Of a stretch of 64,000 bases of DNA, positions 49,780 through 62,508 are shown in pieces. The stretch is from the NCBI RefSeq assembly GCF_025526975.1, contig NW_026515670.1:1054001-1118000 (forward strand). Direction: 5' to 3'. Positions within the stretch are counted from its first letter, which is position 1, and each line of letters starts with the position of its first letter. Made by a program: the position numbers and the translations under genes. A model generated the notes under the pieces. That model did not search any database. It was not told the origin of the DNA and saw only the letters and a program-made list of their open reading frames with translations. Source of the stretch: Fimicolochytrium jonesii (Eukaryota).

Positions 49780-51645
49780 TCAGTTGTTCATGAGGAATCT
49801 CTTGAGGGGCTGTTTGCGAAGGAAAGAGGTTTGCGTTAGGCGAATGCATCAAAAGCAGAGATGTAAGCAAAGCGCAACTTGTACCTCCCAACCACCTCCA
49901 ACCCGTACCATCACCGTCTTATTTGTCAACCGGCACAGAATCACCCGCTTGGCCGCGTCTCCGATTACGTAGCAACCATCTTCGTCCGCGTGCCGGTACA
50001 TGACAACGGGGCTATCGTGTTGGTTCACGAGGATGCCGACGGCGACATCTAGAGCGTCCCGTGGGTCAGCGACGTAGGCGTTGCCGTTGAACTGGACTGT
50101 TGCGATGGGGAGAGCAGGAAGTGACGCATCGCTGGGGATTGACGCGGAGGACGAGAAACTGTAGGCTCGCTTGCGCGTGATGCTCGGCTCGTTACCCCAA
50201 GTGAAGTGTTGCATACTGCCGCGGTCAAAGCTTGATGGTCCGCACAAGTTTGAACGTGAAGAAACCCAAAGGAAGGGTGGGCGGGAGTCGACAGACGACT
50301 CCCTTGGTTGGTCATTGCGGGTTGGCGAGGGGATGCTTGTGGAGGAAAAAGATGTCCGTTTCGGGGTGGTGCTGGGCATGCGGCACCACGTAGAATGTTG
50401 CATCGAACCACGATCTAAGCTCGATGCTCCGCAGAGGCTTGATCGTGACGACACCCATTGGAATGGCGGCCGATTGTCGAGTGACGATTTTCGTCCTTGA
50501 TGCTTGCGATATGAGGATGATGTGTTTGTGGTCGAGGAAAAGGATGATCGGAGGGATGTCGAGGTACTGATGTCCGTTTCCCGTTCGATAGTGGCTCTCC
50601 TCATCCTCACGGGAATGGGTATGCTTGACGTCGCGGAGGAGATGGAAGACCGCTGGGACCGTGGGGCCGACGGATCCGCTTCTTGCGTTGCTTTTGATTT
50701 CCGTACGGGCACCGGAATCTGCGAGTTTATGAACGAAATGGATGACCGTTGCGAGTGAAGCGCGAACGGGTTCCTCTCGTGTTGGGTTTTCGAGTTCCTC
50801 ACGGCAAGTGGAATGACGGACTTCGTGGACGAGATTGACGAGCGCGGCGAGTGTCGGTCATCGAATTTTGTGGTGGATCGTTTCGTCGGGATGGGGATCA
50901 ACGATGTAGACGCACTTTTGAGGGACGAAGTATTGTTGTTGTTCGACACCATCCCGGCCGTGAGAAGTCTACTCAACGCCTCATCGAGCTTGATTTCGAA
51001 GTAAGCCGCCACTCGCGGGACCAACTCATTGTCGTCCTCATGGTGGTACGGGCAACTTGTAAGGAGGCAGTTTTCCGGGTGCTCTGTTCCGTCTGGTTTC
51101 TTGATCAAGTTCCAAAGGCAACGCTGAGCTTCATTGACACGCTTGGTCCATTCCAGTATCTCCGCCGGTGTCAGCTCTGGTTGGAGCTCGAGCTCCTTCA
51201 GTATACTTTCGTTGCAGTTGTGTGCGAACGTGGAGAGGCGATAATGCAGATGAGACCGGCGTTTGGTTTGGGGGAAGACTTTCTCAACCTCTTCGAGCAT
51301 TGTTTCGGTGGTGTCCCCAGCCGCATATACATCGCAAAACCTATCGTAGTGGCCCCTGATAGTGCTGAGAGTTTTTTCGATTGACTTCATGTTGCTTTCG
51401 CGCTCCCTCGTATCGAATTCCGTGCGCTGGAGAAACGGGCCGATGTTGATCATGATGTCGCCGTCGTCAAGCAGTTCCTGAACAGCGTCGGTTTCGGTCG
51501 TCATGTCCGCATTGTGGATTTGAAGCAGTTCATTGACGTTGCCTATAGCGGTTACGAGAACGTCGTGACGCGGCAATTCGATCCCTCCCAATGCTTCCGC
51601 CGTTGGTGAATAGGAAGGGTCGTTGATGATAGTTTCGTTCTGCAT
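49780..51645 (-). CDS. GAS2-related (GAR) domain microtubule-binding protein with internal tandem repeats
   Basis: C-terminal YVADPRDALDVAV...YVIG...CRLTNKTVMVRVGGGWE/PLKRFL, with intron 49810-49884. Confidence 0.85.
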
Positions 51646-52399
51646 GTTGGGAGTGAGATACGAAGGCTGAAGGTGATTGAATGAATGACAAGAATGCGAG
51701 TGGGCGATTGTGGGAATCCAGTGCTATCAAGCTCGTGGAGCGTTGGATTGCGATGTGAAAGAACCGGCGCAAGCGGGTTCTAGGCAAGAAGTGGGCGGGA
51801 GATTCAAGTGCTGGCCACTGAGGATCAGGATGGAAGCGTTGGAGGATATTGCTGCAAGCGGGGAGAGCCTTGAAAGTGCATGACCAGGAGAAAACGTAGA
51901 TAATTTACGCAACGAGAGTTCAAGCGCTGATCTGAGAGGGTTGTTCCTCCAGGAACCTTTCAGTTCCCGTCAGATTCTCTCTGGGTTTAAGCTTCGTTTG
52001 TTGTGTCGTATTATGTCGTATTCTGTCGTAACTGAGACTATAAATAGGACCGACGTGACCTCGCAATCCATACGGTTTGAGACGAACGATAGGAAACGAT
52101 CATCTTCTCTCGCATCTCGTAAAGTTTCTCTGGAAGCATCATTTCAATGATCATCGCTAGGACTGCCTGATGACCAGCACCTTCATCCAGGAGTTAACCA
52201 TAACCCCGGAATGGCGGTTCAGCTACCGTCGGAGACACATTTACAACAGTCGCTTCGATGGATCTCGCATGCGGCCATCAAACAGCAATTGTCTGTTTGC
52301 GACTGAGACCTCCTCCGAAGTGGCTGCATCAGAGTCCACCGCACCGTAGGCCGTGACCAATCAATCAGGAACCTCGAATGCAGCCCTGCTTTCTTACAA

Positions 52400-52635
52400 G
52401 GCATTTGTCCAAACCCTCTTGCAACCTCTCATGCGCTCTCTCCAGCCTCTTCTCCCCATCGGGCATCATCACATGCGTCTCCTCAAGCATCTCCTTCTAT
52501 TTCCCAAATATCATGCTCATCGGCGACATCCGCAATCCGTTTGTCGATCCGCTTTCGTTGGTTGCCGCCTCTTCATCATAGTAGCTGAGGTGCTTGCTTA
52601 TCGTGCAGTCATAGAAGGCAGTCTTAATGCCTTCG
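52400..52635 (-). pseudogene. Tubulin-binding cofactor A (TBCA/Rbl2) pseudogene
   Basis: Frame-shifting pieces GIKT, KHLSYYDEEA, QRKRIDKRIADVADEHDI and K*KEMLEETHVMMPDGEKRLERAHERLQEGL. In-frame TAG at 52497-52499. Confidence 0.8.
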
Positions 52636-53090
52636 GGCTACGTATGGTGACGTAGAGCTTGTCGCACATAGCTGCGGACCACCCCTGTTTGGCACTTTAT
52701 CTTCTTCAGCAGCTCTGCTGGTGGCTAGTGGACAACCGAAAGATGTTGTGGCAGTTTGCAAACTTGGGCAGCGCGTCCCTCTCCTTTGTGTTGCTCAGCA
52801 TGATAGTATGTAGTCTTCTTACCCCAGGGGCGGCAGCTTTGATGGTGAGAACGTACTGTACTGTATAGTACTGTACATATACAGTAGTGGTTTGTACTGT
52901 CAGTCGATGCTTTCGAAAGTGTGCGAACAGCAAAGGCACCCGGAAACTTACAGAAAAGACAACGCGCCAGATCCAGGTGGAGCAGGTGGCTGTGCAAACC
53001 TGCAGTCTTGCTCAGCTCAGTCTTGCCTTTCCCACGCTGCCAAACAGAACATTTAGATAGACCTTCCAACTATTAGATAGACTTCACGCC

Positions 53091-55437
53091 ATGTCCAAAG
53101 AGAAGAAGGATAAGAAGGAGAAGAAGGAGAAGAAGCAAGTGAAGGAGGGCGAGCCGGAAGCGGAGGAAGTCGAGACCGTAGACATGGACGTGGTCAAACT
53201 GAAAAAGGAAAAGAAGGAGAAGAAAGAGAAGAAGGAAAAGAAGGAGAAAAAGGCCACCAAAGAAGAGACAGCTGCCACGACAAGTACGCAGGCGGAGGGT
53301 GCTGAGGAGAAAACGAAGAAGCGGAAGCGTTCGAAAGAGGAGACCAGCGAAACCGCCGTCCACGAGGGAAAGAGCGAAAAGTCGAAGAAACGAGCTCGCA
53401 AAGTCGAAGAATCAGCAACACCAGAGGCAAACGAGAAAGACACTGCGAGTGACATCGGCGACGATGATGTGCCAGTAGAATTCCGCCTCTCTACGTATAG
53501 CCTCTCAAAGTCGACATTGCTATCTCTCGCTGAGCGCGGCGTCACACAGCTCTTTCCCATACAGGCTGCCTGTTTCAATCACATCATGGAAGGAAAGGAT
53601 GTTCTTGGTAGGGCTCGAACTGGAACCGGGAAAACGCTTGCCTTTTCCTTGCCCATGGTGGAGATTTTGAAGAAGGAGCGGGCTTCCAACCCAGCGTCCT
53701 TCAACGCCCGGGGAAGAGCCCCTAAGGTTTTGATCATGGCCCCGACTCGAGAGCTGGCCATGCAAGTCCATAAGGAGTTTGACTCGATCTCGAGCGGAGA
53801 GTTGAAATCGGTTTGCGTTTACGGCGGAACGCCATATGATCCGCAGTGTGAGTACCAGATTGAATATGGGTTTTCTGAGCAGAGCATGTCTGATACCTTC
53901 GTCCGTAGACTATGCCATGAAAGAAGGTGTCGACGTGGTTGTGGGCACGCCTGGGCGCCTTATCGATCATATCGACCGAGGAAACCTGAAGCTTGCGAAC
54001 CTGCGGTTCATCTGTCTCGACGAGGCAGACCAGATGTTGGACATTGGCTTCGCGGAGGCCATGGAAAAAGTCTTGCAGACGTTAAAGGAGCATAAAGCCG
54101 CGGTCGAGTCGGCACCGACACATCAGACGCTACTGTTCAGTGCCACCATTCCGGACTGGGTAGCTCAGGCAATTGCTAAATACATGAGACCCGATAAAGT
54201 TACCATGGATCTCATTGGGCGCGACAAGCACAAAACGTCGAACACGGTTACGCATTATGCTATTCCTTCGAGGTGGCAAAATCGGACAGATGTGTTGGGA
54301 GACATTATAGCCGTCTATGGGCGGGGAGGCCATGCCCGCACGATGGTTTTTGTGGAGACAAAGGAGGAATGCAATGAACTGAGTTTGAACGAGAAGATCG
54401 TCGCATTCGGCGCCCAAGCTCTTCATGGTGACGTTCAGCAGAAATCACGCGAGGTTTCCATGCAAGGATTCCGAGACGGCAAGTTCAAGTGTCTCATCAC
54501 AACAAACGTGTGTGGACGCGGTGTCGACATCGAAAACGTCGAGCTAGTCATCAACGTCGAGCCGCCAAGTAACGTGGAGGATTACATCCACCGATCCGGA
54601 CGCACAGGACGAGCTGGACGAGACGGCAAATGCATCACCTTCTACAAACCTCAGCAAGAGTACCTCCTGAACAACATCGCCAAGCGCGCCGGTGTCGAGT
54701 TCCAGAAGATCGGGGCTCCCCAGGCGAGCGATATTGTGGCTGCGCGCGCAAAGGACACACTGGAGCAATTCCAGAACGATGTCCATCCGGGCGTTCTCTC
54801 GTATTTCCAGCCTATCGCTGAAGAAATCTTGGCCGCCTTTGAAGGAGATGCCGTGAAAGCCCTGAGTTCCGCTCTTGCGGTCATCTGCAACACCACGAAA
54901 CCACTGCCCCCGCGATCGCTCCTGTCAGCGAATGAGGGCTTCTACACCATGCTCTGGCGTCTGGAACAACCGATCAGGAACGTCGGGTACGTCCGCTCCA
55001 TCGTTTCCAAGACGTTCCCAGGGATGACCTTCGACGACACCTACAACTGGCGGATGTGCGCGGATGCGCAGGGTGTTGTCGTCGATTTTAAATCGGACAA
55101 AGTGGAGATTCTGGAAAGCGGACATTTGAAGATTGCCGGTGTAAAATGGATGAATGCCCGTGGTGTCACCCTCGAGATTGCAACGGAGCTGCCGGAGTTG
55201 GAGGAAAGCCGCCATGCAGCGCCCGGCGCCGCCCAAGGAGGTTATGGAGGTGGTTATGGGGGTGGTTACGGTAGGGGCGGCTATGGAGGAGGTTCTTCCC
55301 GAGGAGGGTACGGAAGCGGAGGTGGTAGGGGCGGGTCCAGCGGTGGTCGCGGAGGCTACTCAAATGGAGGTGGTAGAGGAGGTTACGGCGGCGGCGGTCG
55401 AGGGGGCGGGGTTGGGGGACGAGGACGAGGCAGATAG
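53091..55437 (+). CDS. Nucleolar DEAD-box RNA helicase, DDX21/DDX50-like, 2 exons
   Basis: KKE repeats, LFPIQ, ARTGTGKT, PTRELA, DEAD, SAT, HRSGRTGRAG, RSLLS (GUCT region) and an RGG tail. Intron 53848-53908. Confidence 0.93.
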
Positions 55438-58400
55438 AATAGCGTAGATATATTTGGATAGCAAGCATCGCATACATCATTTTCCAATAGATATGCAACA
55501 TCCCTTTCTTTATAAGCACGAGCTGAACCCTCCCCGCACAAATGCAGGGTGGTTCGTGATGACCTCTGAGAAGCGTTTCCTTCGTTGGCCTCGGTGTAAA
55601 TAGTGGCCAGGGGCATCCAGTTGTAACGCGCAACAGCTGTCTGGAACCGGACAAACTGCTCCTAGCTCCGTCGAAACGCAGCTTCATGTCACCGTCTTTG
55701 CTTTAGCGACTTCGCCTCCGAGTGTCAAAAGATGGTCCGCAATAGTCTAGTATCAAGAGCCTCGTCGTATCCGTTTAATCCATTTTGGCCTCCATTTGCA
55801 TCCCGACGGCCAAGAAATACAGATGCCAATCGTTGCCCAGATACTGATGTGAGCCGACGCTCCAGCAGGGAAATGCTCGTATACTCCAATTGCTCCGTCG
55901 AACATACGCGAAGCTATGCAGACGGCAAAGTCAGGTTTGTTTTTCCTATGGGAGATGAGAAAATCCGTTTTCGTCTGCGAGACGCCGAAACTATTACCGG
56001 CTTTTGGCGGGGCCGTGGAGAATCTATCTTTGGCCCCGCGCGGCTGCTAAGTCCATATGGAGTCCCCATCGTTCCCGACGTCCAATGACGGCTCCAGGCA
56101 GTGACGAGAACTGTGCTCACAACATCCTTCATCTCCCGAGCTGCTCTTCTATGGGAAGAATAGATAGTACTTTCATCGCCGCGCCTGTCAATTGCGTCGC
56201 ACTTCCGCCGGCTGTTCTGGAGAAGGGTAGTGCCATGCCTCGAGTTTGTTGCCGGCAAATGCCAACGGAGCGAGCCGAAATACATCCATTGCCCTGTCGT
56301 CCAAGGTAATGTGTCCATAGAAAAGAGGTACGTTTGCTGCCGAGTCCTACCGGAGAAATCGTCGTTCGACTTCCTCGCATCTGCCCTTTCGCCGCTACGG
56401 GACGCTGTTTCCTCGCCATGGGATGTTCGCTAATTGCAAGCAGCGAGACGGATGGGAATTCAGTTTGGAAGTCACCATATTCACCCTGATTTTCACAACC
56501 TTTCGAATGTTGAACCATGCCGCTCTGCGTGGGTCGGGAGGTATTCATTCTCCGATGAGTTTGCGAGGTCGATGGTATTTACTCGGATATTAGCTGCAAT
56601 TTCCAGCAGAGCTTCCCACATCTCGCCACCTCTCGGATTGCAGGTGCAGTTCTCATGCAGTACCTACAACGACCGATTCCTCGAGACGCCGGAGACAGCG
56701 ACCTGTTGAATAGGCGATAGCTGTGCCGCTTGCTTACAGTACATACAGTACTGTACAACTGTACCAGAAGGTACTGGTGCACCTATCAATTCCGACGGGT
56801 ACGTAATTTTTTCCCTTCCGAGTCAACTCGCCATGAATCAGATGTGAATCTAAAGTATAGGAGATCCGAGGGACCTTTTCCGAGGGTTCCTTGTCACAGA
56901 ACCCATCCAAGGCAGCTGCACGGTGGTTATCGACACTTTCAAGCTTCATAATTTCCGTCCTACGCCTCGTCACGCGTTGCAGAGGTTCCCGCGGTATATA
57001 TAGATGGCCACATCAAGTTTCAATCAAACATGGATCTAATCTGATGAACACTCTGATCACGATTCGCTCCGGTCAGCAGACCGTTCGAAAAAAACTCCTT
57101 TCCTCCCTCTCCTCATCGGGAAAAGCAGGAGGTAATTGTGCTAAGATTTCAAGGGAGGGCCCGGACACTGATGAGAGAGTTGAAGTATCCACAATCGCTC
57201 GATCCTTCGGTAAGCTGAGCATGTGCTCCGTTGACCGTACTGTATGTGTTGCCATGGGCTGCTAACGGCCGTCTCGAAGCTTCTAGTGTGCTGGCCTTCA
57301 TCAGAGCCTGAAACTGTCCACCCAGTCTCCCGCCGTATGACCATTATGGATCTGGAAACTGTGTGAGACCGGCTCCTATTCGAAGTCCGCACTCGTTGTC
57401 GGGTATTTTCTTGCTACCATTCTTGTCCCGTCTTGTGGGTAGACACCAAGACACCGGCAAAGTGTAAGCTAAATCCATCCGCGGGAGACACTATATCCGA
57501 ACCGGACACCTTGGCCCTGCAGCCCAAGCCGGCACTTTCTCGGACGACCGGTTTCGCACGCCACAGAACCCATCCAAGAGCATACAAACTCTCCCAATCA
57601 AGCTGAGGTGCCGCATCCGAGTCGTTTCGGGACGACCAAGAATTTGGATTCTGGGCGTGGATCGACATGGAGAAAGTATCTATGTTTGTTTACATGTTTG
57701 CACGACGCTTGATACAAATGCTTCCACCTTTTTTTTGGCCACTCCCAGATGATAGATCCATGCGGTTGATGTGATGGATGCCGCCCAATCAGGTTGTTGC
57801 AGTCATTTCTCGTATCGCAGCGGTGACATAAGGGCTACATATTCATCATACATCTACAACAAGCTTCTTTTTCTGCATTTCTGGGCGCGCGCCGAGGAGC
57901 GATGAATCGGACGTTGGGGGGGTGACACAAAATCCCTATAGGCGGGAAACATTGCACCGCTCCGAGATTTTTCAGCCATCCCTTGCGAAACGCCTTCAGT
58001 TTTCATTTGACCCTGGCCCGCCTATCATTGGAAAGCGGAAAGCTTCCCCCGTCTTCGTCAGATTCAACTTGACCATAAGCCAAGGCCAGCGTGGCGCCGT
58101 GGGCACTGGCTGCGGCGTTTGGCGCCTAATTACGCTTACGCCAGCTGGTGCCCATCATGGAGGAAGGCAAAGCGGCACTTAAAATTTGACAGCGTATCAT
58201 GCATGACAGACACCATCCATCTGGAAGTGACCCAATAACGGAACCGGCCCCTGTTCAATTCATGTTACCGGATTTTCCATCACTGCCCCCGGCGCGCCAT
58301 GATTAGCCCGATGGGCGGAAACCCCCCATCTACTTGCCACGCGCTTGCATGCAACCTACTACGGCTCAGTTCAAAAAATACCAATATTTTCCCACACCTC

Positions 58401-58458
58401 CCCCCTTCATAAAACCTCCGCATGGGCCAATTCCCCCAGACCCCCCACGGCCTTAGTC

Positions 58459-59445
58459 ATGTCCTTTTACAACACATACCCAACCCCCTCCACGGCGTCC
58501 ACGTCGTCGTGGCCTACGCTAGGCGACACTCAGTGCCAAATATCTTCGCCGTTTGACACCCTCGCGCCGTCAATGTCCGATCCCGTCTCATTCGGCTTTG
58601 GCCTGCCGTCCATTGATACTCCAGCACATCAGCATGCCGAAATTACTACTATCATGGTCCTGTTCCTCTGGAACCAGATACCCATCGACAAATTGATGCT
58701 GTGCTGGTCATCCTTCTCGGTCCCAACACCCATGCCCACACGACCTACTGAGAATGGTTTCAACATTACGCGAGCCGCCATCACGACATTCAGGTCCTTC
58801 GTCGAACACGTCCTGTCAACTACAAGAGTCTCGTCTGCAGTCATTGTCCTCGCATTGAAGTACCTGGACCGAATAAAAGATAGCCGAAACCTGCTCCCAG
58901 CAGATTCTCCGCTGCGCAGACCGGACTCCGAGCAGCTCGTACTTCTTGTATCCCTTATGCTGGCAAACAAGTTCGCAGACGACGAACGGTTCACCAACTC
59001 TGCCTGGGCATCCGTGGCCGACGTCGACCTCGCAATCGTCAACAGAGCCGAGATGGATGCCCTCGAGGCCATTCGGTGGAAACTCACGGTCGACGAACGC
59101 GATTACACTAAATGGGTCGAGACCGTTACAAGCCATGCGCATCTCGCCGTTCAGACCTGGGAAGCCGTCGAGGAACAAAAGAGGCTCGAGCAGGCTTCGC
59201 TACGAATGCAGATCCCTACGAGTCAAGTGACGGTGCCAAGACTCCCATTCCTCGCACCCTCCTCCGAGCCAAGACCGTACATCTACGCTCGATCGGAACA
59301 TGCCGCGTACACAACGTTCTCGTCCTACCCACGGAAGATTTCGGAGGAGTTCTGGTCGCAGCAGCCCTTTGCTCCCTCGGCGGCGATACCTGCAAGCATG
59401 TACGCCGGAGTGTACGTCCCTTCCCCCATGTTGATGGGGCATTAG
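58459..59445 (+). CDS. Pho85/Pcl-type cyclin
   Basis: FVEHVLSTTRVS...LALKYLDRI...LVSLMLANKFADDERFTNSAW...NRAEMDALEAIRWKL. Confidence 0.88.
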   Translation: MSFYNTYPTPSTASTSSWPTLGDTQCQISSPFDTLAPSMSDPVSFGFGLPSIDTPAHQHAEITTIMVLFLWNQIPIDKLMLCWSSFSVPTPMPTRPTENGFNITRAAITTFRSFVEHVLSTTRVSSAVIVLALKYLDRIKDSRNLLPADSPLRRPDSEQLVLLVSLMLANKFADDERFTNSAWASVADVDLAIVNRAEMDALEAIRWKLTVDERDYTKWVETVTSHAHLAVQTWEAVEEQKRLEQASLRMQIPTSQVTVPRLPFLAPSSEPRPYIYARSEHAAYTTFSSYPRKISEEFWSQQPFAPSAAIPASMYAGVYVPSPMLMGH

Positions 59446-59727
59446 CTTAGTGGACCATACCCCTCCTCTGCATCCCGATGATACCCCCCCTTGTATGCTC
59501 GTTTTTGGAAAACACACGGGCGTTCATATTTTTGGCAATATACACACACAGTACATGCACTATCATACAGACACCCACACCTTGCATCAGATCCCATTCT
59601 TGTGGATGTCGTTTGTTTCGCTTTCCGCTCAAACGGCATTCAACGCCCTTCGCCGAGTAATACCATAATTGCGGTAAGAGTTATATCTTGTGTACACAAG
59701 GAACAATTTTCATCAGCGGTCATCAGC

Positions 59728-59801
59728 GGTTTCTTGGTGTAGTTGGTTATCACATCTGTCTAACACACAGAAGGTCACCAGTTCGAACCTGGTAGAAACC
59801 A
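59728..59801 (+). tRNA. tRNA-Val(AAC), identical to the copy at 43866-43939
   Basis: Same 74-nt cloverleaf, followed by a T-rich tract. Confidence 0.96.
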
Positions 59802-60332
59802 TTTCTTTTGCCTCCTTCGCTGCTTGTTTCGCTTTTTGCCCGCAACATGATCGCTATGGGATTTGGCCCTCTGGCAATTTTTGCGGTGGTGGGTCACATT
59901 GGTTGTGCATATCTATTACGTATCGACACAACTGGACACAATTTACCGTCATGAACTTAACGCTTCAGCACGCAAAATTGACGATGCCGAATCCGAGTTG
60001 ATCACCATCAGCCGTCTTTTGAAGCTTGGCTGCATGTAATCTGGAGTTCTGAACCAAAACTCAAATGAACGGATCTGTCTAATGGATGGAGCATTGATGA
60101 ACGTGCGGCCGGTATCGTTGGCCCGCAAACTACCAGCTGGTGTACGGTTGGACAGAGCCTATCAGTAGATTCAGTACAATGCTCTTCTGTGTTGTTGAAC
60201 GCTGCCGCCGCATCGAATGGCAGGGACAGCCGCTGTCCGGCATATATATGTACCAAGCCCTGTATCAACGCCTCCCTTTCCTTGTCAGCCTCTATCTTCC
60301 CGTGCACATCCTCTTCTTTCAACACTGCAACT

Positions 60333-62034
60333 ATGCACGTTAAAGTAGCCTTGCTCGCTTCGGCGTTGGCCGTGGCCGCCGTCCCAGCCTTCGCGCAACA
60401 AACGAGAAGCCCGGCAGTACCACCACCGACCGTAGTCCCGCAGCCCACACCCCAGCAATCCACTGTGCCTGCTCCTCCGCGACCCACGGTGATAGTGACC
60501 GCCACGGTTCCTATGCCTCTTCCGCCGAAGCCGACAGTTCCATCAAGGCCGCCGGTCACCGTTGTTGTTCCCCCACCCGCCCCCACTACTCCCGCTGGCC
60601 CTGGCCCTGTTGTGGTTACCCTTCCAGCTGCTACGGCCACTGCAACGCCTGTCCCCGGAGAGGAGGTCATCACGACAGTTGAACAGGCCCGAGCGGCGGC
60701 GGCTGCTGCCGCCGCCCGCATTGCGGCCGAGGGAGCTCAGGCAGCGATCAATTTGGACAATCTAGCGACCGTGCAGGGTGTCCCCGCATATCCCAACATG
60801 CCAACGGTGTGGCCGGACCCGAACGAAAGCAGGGGTGCTATCAACATTCCAGAACTGTTGAAGGCGCCCCTGGTCGTCGCTGGAATGGCCAAGGTCACCG
60901 CCGCCGTTTCGCCTGCGCTCTTGGAGATCCCACCCTCCCTTCACACCGACCAATATGGCCGCGTGTGGTACACAGGGAACACCGCCCAGAATTGTCACTG
61001 GCCCAGCACAAAATGCCACACTCCTGATGCCTCCGTTGGTGTGCTGCCCGATATCACGTCTTGCCCCGCACCCAACACCTATGGATTGACATACGACGAT
61101 GGACCTAGTAATGCCGCCAACGCAAGCCCGAGCTCGTTAGATCTCCTCACTGCCCTCGCTCAACAGCAGCAGAAGGCCACCTTCTTTGTTGTTGGAGGTC
61201 CTATTGTCTTTGCCCCCGAAGCGCTGGTTCGCATGTATGCAGAGGGACACGAGATCGCCGTGCACTCTTGGACTCACAGCCCGTTGACTACGCTCACCAA
61301 CGAGCAAATTGTCGCTGAAATCCTTTACACGGAGGCTCTCATCTACAAGATCCTCGGAGTTCGTCCCCGTTACTTCCGTCCCGTAAGTACATTGTCATTA
61401 TTACGCTTCCCATTTGGACTATGTCATAGTAGACTGTCCTAATCATCTTTCGCGATCGCAGCCATACGGAGACGTTGACAACCGTGTGCGTGCCATCATT
61501 GGAGCGCTCGGCTACGAGAGCATTTTGTGGACCGACGTCAAGGACACCATGGACACCTCCCCCGCTCAATTCCCCACCTTGGTCACCAACGTGCAAACTT
61601 GGTTTGTTCAGCAACCTGGTTTCATTGCGCTCCAACACTCCCGTAAGTCCATTCTCAGACTTCTGGTGCAAACCTGACGTTGAACTGACTATATTCCCCA
61701 CCTCACAGTGAGCGGGTTCAACAACAAGTACGCCATTGACGTGCTCAACGCCATCGGACAGGCGAAGACACTGGGCACATTCCCCTTGAAGGTGCAGGCC
61801 ATCGGCGAATGTCTCGGTACCTCTCCCTACGTGAACGCCGCTGCCGTGGTTCCCCTTGCCGCCACCGGTGTCGTCTCATTGGCCGCCGCCACCTCCACGG
61901 TTGCGCCGGCTGCCATCGCCACCCCTGTTGCTCAAAAGCCTACCGTTGTGGATACCAGCGCATCAGCACCTTCCTTCCGTGTTGTCGGCGGTGCGTTGGC
62001 GGGCGCTGCCGCGCTGGCCGCTGCTTTCTTGTAG
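60333..62034 (+). CDS. Chitin deacetylase (CE4/NodB), secreted, probably GPI-anchored, 3 exons
   Basis: Signal peptide, Pro/Thr-rich stalk, TYDDGP, KATFFVVG, HSWTH, RYFRP/PYGD, IALQH and a hydrophobic C-terminus. Introns 61383-61461 and 61643-61708. Confidence 0.93.
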
Positions 62035-62508
62035 ACAGATAGACTTCATATCGGCGTAGAGTTCGCACTGTGATAGATCTAGAAGCTCGCCATTTTCGCC
62101 TCTTTGTAGTTGCGCGCTGGTTGCGCTTCCGACGATGTGATTGGCGTAGTATATCGCAAATCTAGAGACCCTTTAGTTGGCATACCACTCTTATTATCAT
62201 AGCCTTCAGCCGTTGCTGTAATTATCGACTTCATAGATTGATATCTCCTCAACGTTTCTGGCCGTCTTGAAGGACAATGTTTATGCCGCGAAGTTGCGCG
62301 ATTTCTCGATCCGTTCGACTCTCGATCTTTTGCGGATTATCTTTCCAAAGCATGACCCAGGAAGCTGACCCTTTATGTTATGGTAAGTTCAACCGATGTC
62401 TTCATCTTTTGATGGCCCCAGCCCTCGATATCGGAGAGTAAACCATTAGGGCAACGGTAGCAGACCTAGCAGAGACCACCGCAAACCGGCAGCATCTCGA
62501 AAACCAGA

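Noticed and set aside
55732..57668. Possible kinase or nuclease relic (ESLYALGWVLW, KPDF)
   Set aside because: Only isolated short resemblances, with no supporting motifs in order.
45765..62034. Chitin synthase plus chitin deacetylase as a chitosan gene cluster
   Set aside because: They are about 11 kb apart with unrelated genes between, and both families are typically multi-copy in fungi.
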